A DNA stretch of 64,000 bases from Clostridia bacterium (lineage in GTDB: Bacteria > Bacillota > DSM-521 > Neomoorellales > SLTJ01): NCBI GenBank assembly GCA_024653205.1, contig JANLFO010000011.1, positions 4,940-68,939 on the forward strand. The letters run 5' to 3'. Below are positions 60,912-64,000 of the stretch, piece by piece. The notes under the pieces were generated by a model. That model was given only the letters and a program-made list of their open reading frames with translations, made no database searches and was not told where the DNA came from. Positions within the stretch are counted from its first letter, which is position 1, and every line of letters starts with the position of its first letter. Made by a program: the position numbers and the translations under genes.

Positions 60912-61968
60912 GCAGGATTTTCTCTCTCAAGAACAGGTAGATGCCTTATTGCAGCGGGCTTATGCCCAAGCACCCCAGCCCGAGGGGGAAATGCCGAGCC
61001 TGAACGAAATGGAGGCCGACGTTCTAGGGGAGATAGGGAACATCTCCATGGGCTCCGCGGCTACGGCCCTTTCGGAGATTCTCGGGCACAAGGTCACAAT
61101 TACCACGCCCAGGGTGGAGATCACCACTCCGGAAGACCTGTTCAGCTCTTTCCAGGTACCCTACGTGATCGTCACCGTGGAGTACACCGGCGGGCTGGTG
61201 GGCAGTAACCTGCTGATCATCAGGGTTACGGATGCCGCGGTAATCGCCGACCTCATGATGGGAGGAGGAGGGAAACCGGCGGAGGAATTGACCGAAATCG
61301 GGCTCAGCGCCGTGGCCGAGGCCATGAACCAGATGATCGGCTCGGCGGCTACGGCCATGTCTTCCATGTTCGGTCGGGCGGTCACCATTTCTCCTCCCCG
61401 GGTAGCCGTGTTTCGGGATCAAGAGGAGACCGGCGAGGCCCGGCGTTACTACCCCTGGGCGCCGGACGACCAGGTGGCCGTGGTGCACTTCCGCCTTACG
61501 GTGAACGATCTCCTGGACAGCGAGCTGATACAGGTAGTCCCGGTTGAGGTGGCCAGGCAGGAGGCCGAGCTTCTTCTGAGGCCGGCGGCCCAGGAGGCAC
61601 CGCCTGCACCTCCGGCCTCGGCTCCACCGGATTCGCCTCCCCAGGACCCGGACGCTGCCGTTCCCGCGCCTGCCGGCGAGACCGAACCGGCAGCCCGGCC
61701 CGCCGGGCCACGCAATCTGGATCTACTCCTGGATATCCCCTTGGAGGTCTCGGTAATCATAGGCCGTACCCGCAGGCCGATAAGGGATGTCTTGAACCTG
61801 GTGCCGGGGTCGGTGGTGGAACTGGACAAGCTGGTGGAAGAGCCGGTAGAGATCCTGGTCAACGGTACCCTGGTGGCAGAGGGGGAAGTGGTGGTGGTGA
61901 ACGAGAATTTCGGCGTGCGCATCACCAAGATCGTGGATCCCTCGGAGCGGCTCAAGTACCTGCGTTAG
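60904..61968 (+). CDS. fliY: flagellar motor switch phosphatase FliY (CheC-like domain + FliN domain)
   Basis: 354 aa. CheC-type motifs LGEIGNISMGSAATALSE and VAEAMNQMIGSAATAMSS, a Pro-rich linker, and C-terminal FliN domain LDIPLEVSVIIGRTRRPIRDVLNLVPGSVVELDKLVEEPVEILVNGTLVAEGEVVVVNENFGVRI. Confidence 0.95.
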   Translation: MSEQDFLSQEQVDALLQRAYAQAPQPEGEMPSLNEMEADVLGEIGNISMGSAATALSEILGHKVTITTPRVEITTPEDLFSSFQVPYVIVTVEYTGGLVGSNLLIIRVTDAAVIADLMMGGGGKPAEELTEIGLSAVAEAMNQMIGSAATAMSSMFGRAVTISPPRVAVFRDQEETGEARRYYPWAPDDQVAVVHFRLTVNDLLDSELIQVVPVEVARQEAELLLRPAAQEAPPAPPASAPPDSPPQDPDAAVPAPAGETEPAARPAGPRNLDLLLDIPLEVSVIIGRTRRPIRDVLNLVPGSVVELDKLVEEPVEILVNGTLVAEGEVVVVNENFGVRITKIVDPSERLKYLR

Positions 61969-61981
61969 GGGGGCGGGGAGC

Positions 61982-62158
61982 CTACTTTCCGGCGAGGTTG
62001 CGTTCGGCAATCTCAATGGCCTTTCTAACCAAGTTGCCGCACTCTCGGGAGGGAACTGCGCCCCAGCCCTCGGCGGCTACCAAATGGGCAACGCCCAGTT
62101 CCTTGGCCAGCTCCCACTTGAGCGCCTCCGACATGAGCCCGCCGCGCCGCCTGCTCAA
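61982..62158 (-). CDS. alpha/beta-type small acid-soluble spore protein (SASP)
   Basis: Not in the ORF track (58 aa). My translation of the minus strand is (M)SRRRGGLMSEALKWELAKELGVAHLVAAEGWGAVPSRECGNLVRKAIEIAERNLAGK. It resembles the SASP pattern (K-x-E-hydrophobic-A-x-E-hydrophobic-G-V ... SR-x-x-G-x-hydrophobic-V-(K/R)-(K/R)-x-hydrophobic-E-x-A-E). TTG 62158 lies 6 nt after AAAGGGGG; the alternative start is ATG 62134. Confidence 0.6.
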   Translation of the reverse strand: MSRRRGGLMSEALKWELAKELGVAHLVAAEGWGAVPSRECGNLVRKAIEIAERNLAGK

Positions 62159-62232
62159 AGGGATACCCCCTTTTCGGTTTACGGCCGGCTCACCCGCCCG
62201 AATCCATTATGCGTGCCTCGGCCCCGGGCCTA

Positions 62233-62241
62233 TGCTATAAT
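62233..62241 (+). promoter_or_regulatory. extended -10 element TGcTATAAT upstream of fdhD
   Basis: TG-N-TATAAT at 62233-62241, 41 nt upstream of ATG 62282. No good -35 element. Confidence 0.35.
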
Positions 62242-62281
62242 ATTTTTGTCAAATTACCGGTGGGCGAGAGGACGGTCAAGT

Positions 62282-63058
62282 ATGATTCGTCGGGTTTCGG
62301 TGTTGCGCGTTAATCAATCCCAGCAGACTACCGGAATTGATCACGTCGTCGAAGAAGCGGCCGTTACCATACACCTGAACGGTGAGGAGGTAGTCACCCT
62401 GCTTTGCTCACCCCGGAACCGGGACGAATTGGGAGCAGGGTTCTTGTTCATGCAGGGAATACTGCGTGAGCGGGAGGAACTGGTGCGAGTTGAGGTGGAC
62501 GAGGAGAAGGGGCTGGTTCGGGTGCACAGCCGGGAGGGTCGCCCTCTGGCGGCGCACGGCCTGTTCAAGCGGGTAATCGGGTCCAGCGGCGGTCGAGGCT
62601 TTCAGAGCGGGGGAGATCGGCCGGCGTCCGAGGTGGCCGCCGGAGGCGGCTCCTTTTCTGCCGAGGCGATCATGGAGTTGGCGGCGCGCTTTGAAACCGC
62701 CAGCGAGGTGTACCGCCTCACCGGCGGGGTGCACAGTGCCGCTCTGGCTACGGAGAAGGAGATCCTGGTTTTTCGGGAAGACATTGGCCGGCACAATGCG
62801 ATAGACAAGATCGCCGGGTATTGTCTCATGAACGGCATTACTACCGCCGACAAGCTCTTGTTCACTACCGGCCGGGTGTCGTCGGAGATCCTCTCCAAGG
62901 CCGTGCGCCTGGGGGTCCCCTGCCTGGTATCCCGGGCGGCGCCCACCAGCGTCGCGGTAGCCGGTGCCGAGGAACTGGGGATAACCCTCATCGGTTTTGT
63001 CCGGAGCGACCGCTTCTCGGTGTACAGCCGCCCGGACCGGGTCCGGATGGGCGGCTGA
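62282..63058 (+). CDS. fdhD: formate dehydrogenase accessory sulfurtransferase FdhD
   Basis: ATG 62282 gives 258 aa. Contains DIGRHNAIDK and RVSSEILSKAVRLGVPCLVSRAAPTSVAV, typical of FdhD. The track start 62084 overlaps the SASP gene on the opposite strand and is rejected. Confidence 0.9.
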   Translation: MIRRVSVLRVNQSQQTTGIDHVVEEAAVTIHLNGEEVVTLLCSPRNRDELGAGFLFMQGILREREELVRVEVDEEKGLVRVHSREGRPLAAHGLFKRVIGSSGGRGFQSGGDRPASEVAAGGGSFSAEAIMELAARFETASEVYRLTGGVHSAALATEKEILVFREDIGRHNAIDKIAGYCLMNGITTADKLLFTTGRVSSEILSKAVRLGVPCLVSRAAPTSVAVAGAEELGITLIGFVRSDRFSVYSRPDRVRMGG

Positions 63059-63143
63059 CCCGACCTCTTACCTCGCATCGGGGCAGGCCGTCTCGGGCCG
63101 AAGCGGCGGAGCCGGCCCGCCCCGCCGAAGTTGGCGTACCTGT

Positions 63144-63602
63144 CTAATGCAGGCGCACGTTTTCCCCGCCGTGGCGGCGCAGTACCGTCGCCGCCTGGTC
63201 GGCCCGGTTGGCGTCGGAGCGCACCGATACCAGGGTCTTGCCCTGACGGACGTCCTCTTCGTAGCGGCGGCCTTCGGCCTCCGGGATTCCCCAGTCGATG
63301 AGGCTGCCGGCCAGCCCGCCGGTAGCCGCGCCGGAAAGGGCGGCGGCAATGGGTCCGGCGGCGATTATGGGGCCCAGACCGGGAATGGCCAGGGCTCCGG
63401 CTCCCAGGGCCAGTCCGGCCAGGCCGCCCAGGACGCCGCCCGTGGTGGCTCCCTCGGCCACGCTACCGCCTCCCTCCTGATCCGACTGGTCGCCTTTGGC
63501 CACTACCGAAATCTCCCGGGAAAACCCGAGGCCTCTCAGGTCGTGGACTGCTGCCTCTGCTGCCTCTCGAGAGGTAAAAGCGCCGATGACCGTCTTGTCC
63601 AA
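63144..63602 (-). CDS. YflT/Gsp17M-like general stress protein with a glycine-zipper segment
   Basis: TTG 63602 lies 8 nt after GGGAGGG. N-terminus KTVIGAFTSREAAEAAVHDLRGLGF, central Gly/Ala-rich zipper, and C-terminal WGIPEAEGRRYEEDVRQGKTLVSV. Family call is from pattern memory only. Confidence 0.5.
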   Translation of the reverse strand: MDKTVIGAFTSREAAEAAVHDLRGLGFSREISVVAKGDQSDQEGGGSVAEGATTGGVLGGLAGLALGAGALAIPGLGPIIAAGPIAAALSGAATGGLAGSLIDWGIPEAEGRRYEEDVRQGKTLVSVRSDANRADQAATVLRRHGGENVRLH

Positions 63603-63732
63603 AAGGTTTCCCTCCCTACTGGTTTGGGTGCACAACTTGGTGACGTGGATAGTATGCCCCGAACACGGGCTCAATCACGACCGGCCGGGATGGGTTCCGG
63701 CTCCGGACGGAACTTCGCGGCGCGGGGAACGC

Positions 63733-64000
63733 CTAGGGCCTGCGCGGCCGCTTCCGAAGCCATGCGGCCATTAGGGGGGTAAAGGGAAGGGCGGCCAGGG
63801 AGCAGGCCGCGTTGAACAGAAGGTGACCGGCGGCCACCCGGCCGCCGGGTGAGGCGCTGATCCCTTCCAACAGGGCGGTAAAAGAAGGGACGAGGGGCAG
63901 AAAGACCAGCGCGCCCAGGGCGTTCAGCAACAGGTGGGCCAGGGCGACGCGGCGGGCGTCGGTGTTTCCCCACAGGGCGGCCAGGAGGGTGTCGGTGCAG
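63733..64000 (-). CDS. Na/Pi-cotransporter-family protein, C-terminal fragment (5' end outside the window)
   Basis: The minus-strand frame is open to the window edge. The translation ...TDTLLAALWGNTDARRVALAHLLLNALGALVFLPL...GRVAAGHLLFNAACSLAALPF shows the repeated A-x-A-H-L-L-F-N motif of PF02690-type transporters. Confidence 0.45.
   Translation of the reverse strand, partial: CTDTLLAALWGNTDARRVALAHLLLNALGALVFLPLVPSFTALLEGISASPGGRVAAGHLLFNAACSLAALPFTPLMAAWLRKRPRRP

Noticed and set aside
1-64000. Search for mobile elements, defence systems, tRNA/rRNA genes, integrases or toxin-antitoxin pairs
   Set aside because: No transposase, integrase or recombinase-like translation was seen. I also saw no inverted terminal repeats, tRNA-like cloverleaf candidates or CRISPR repeats, and the IPT/SLH module has no flanking direct repeats that I could see.

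Overview
High-GC (roughly 65%) Gram-positive chromosome segment. SLH-domain proteins, an alpha/beta-type SASP, FliW-CsrA, FliY, FlbD and FlhF/FlhG together point to a spore-forming, Clostridia-type Firmicute; I cannot name the species from sequence alone. Nt 1-12,620 hold ordinary metabolic and envelope genes: a ferritin-like protein, an FrhB-like gene plus iorAB, a GT2 glycosyltransferase, a GldA/F/G-like ABC transporter plus a DUF4340-like protein, lgt, a ferredoxin, mobA and one orphan. Nt 12,750-61,968 carry almost a whole flagellar/chemotaxis regulon, all on the + strand, in four blocks. (i) A c-di-GMP-I (GEMM-I) riboswitch precedes fapA(DUF342)-cheW-cheA-cheB. (ii) A textbook sigma-28 promoter precedes flgM-flgN-flgK-flgL-fliW-csrA, which runs without a recognisable break into three large secreted surface-protein genes: a 1859-aa protein with 16 IPT/TIG repeats and two SLH proteins. 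(iii) A second sigma-28 promoter precedes flaG-fliS-fliT-like. (iv) A second GEMM-I riboswitch with an intrinsic terminator precedes a 28-kb run from flgB to fliY that includes a PilZ brake and fliA. The window ends with a small SASP gene missing from the ORF track (<60 aa), fdhD, a YflT-like stress protein and a truncated Na/Pi-cotransporter-like gene. The most unusual point is that no flagellin or fliD gene occurs anywhere in the 64 kb, and their canonical slots (after csrA, and between flaG and fliS) are respectively filled by the 9.6-kb surface-protein module and left empty. No CRISPR, tRNA, rRNA, transposase or integrase was seen. All calls rest on reading the supplied translations and sequence by eye; no database, HMM or covariance-model search was run. 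The many long ORFs in alternative frames are treated as GC-driven artefacts.
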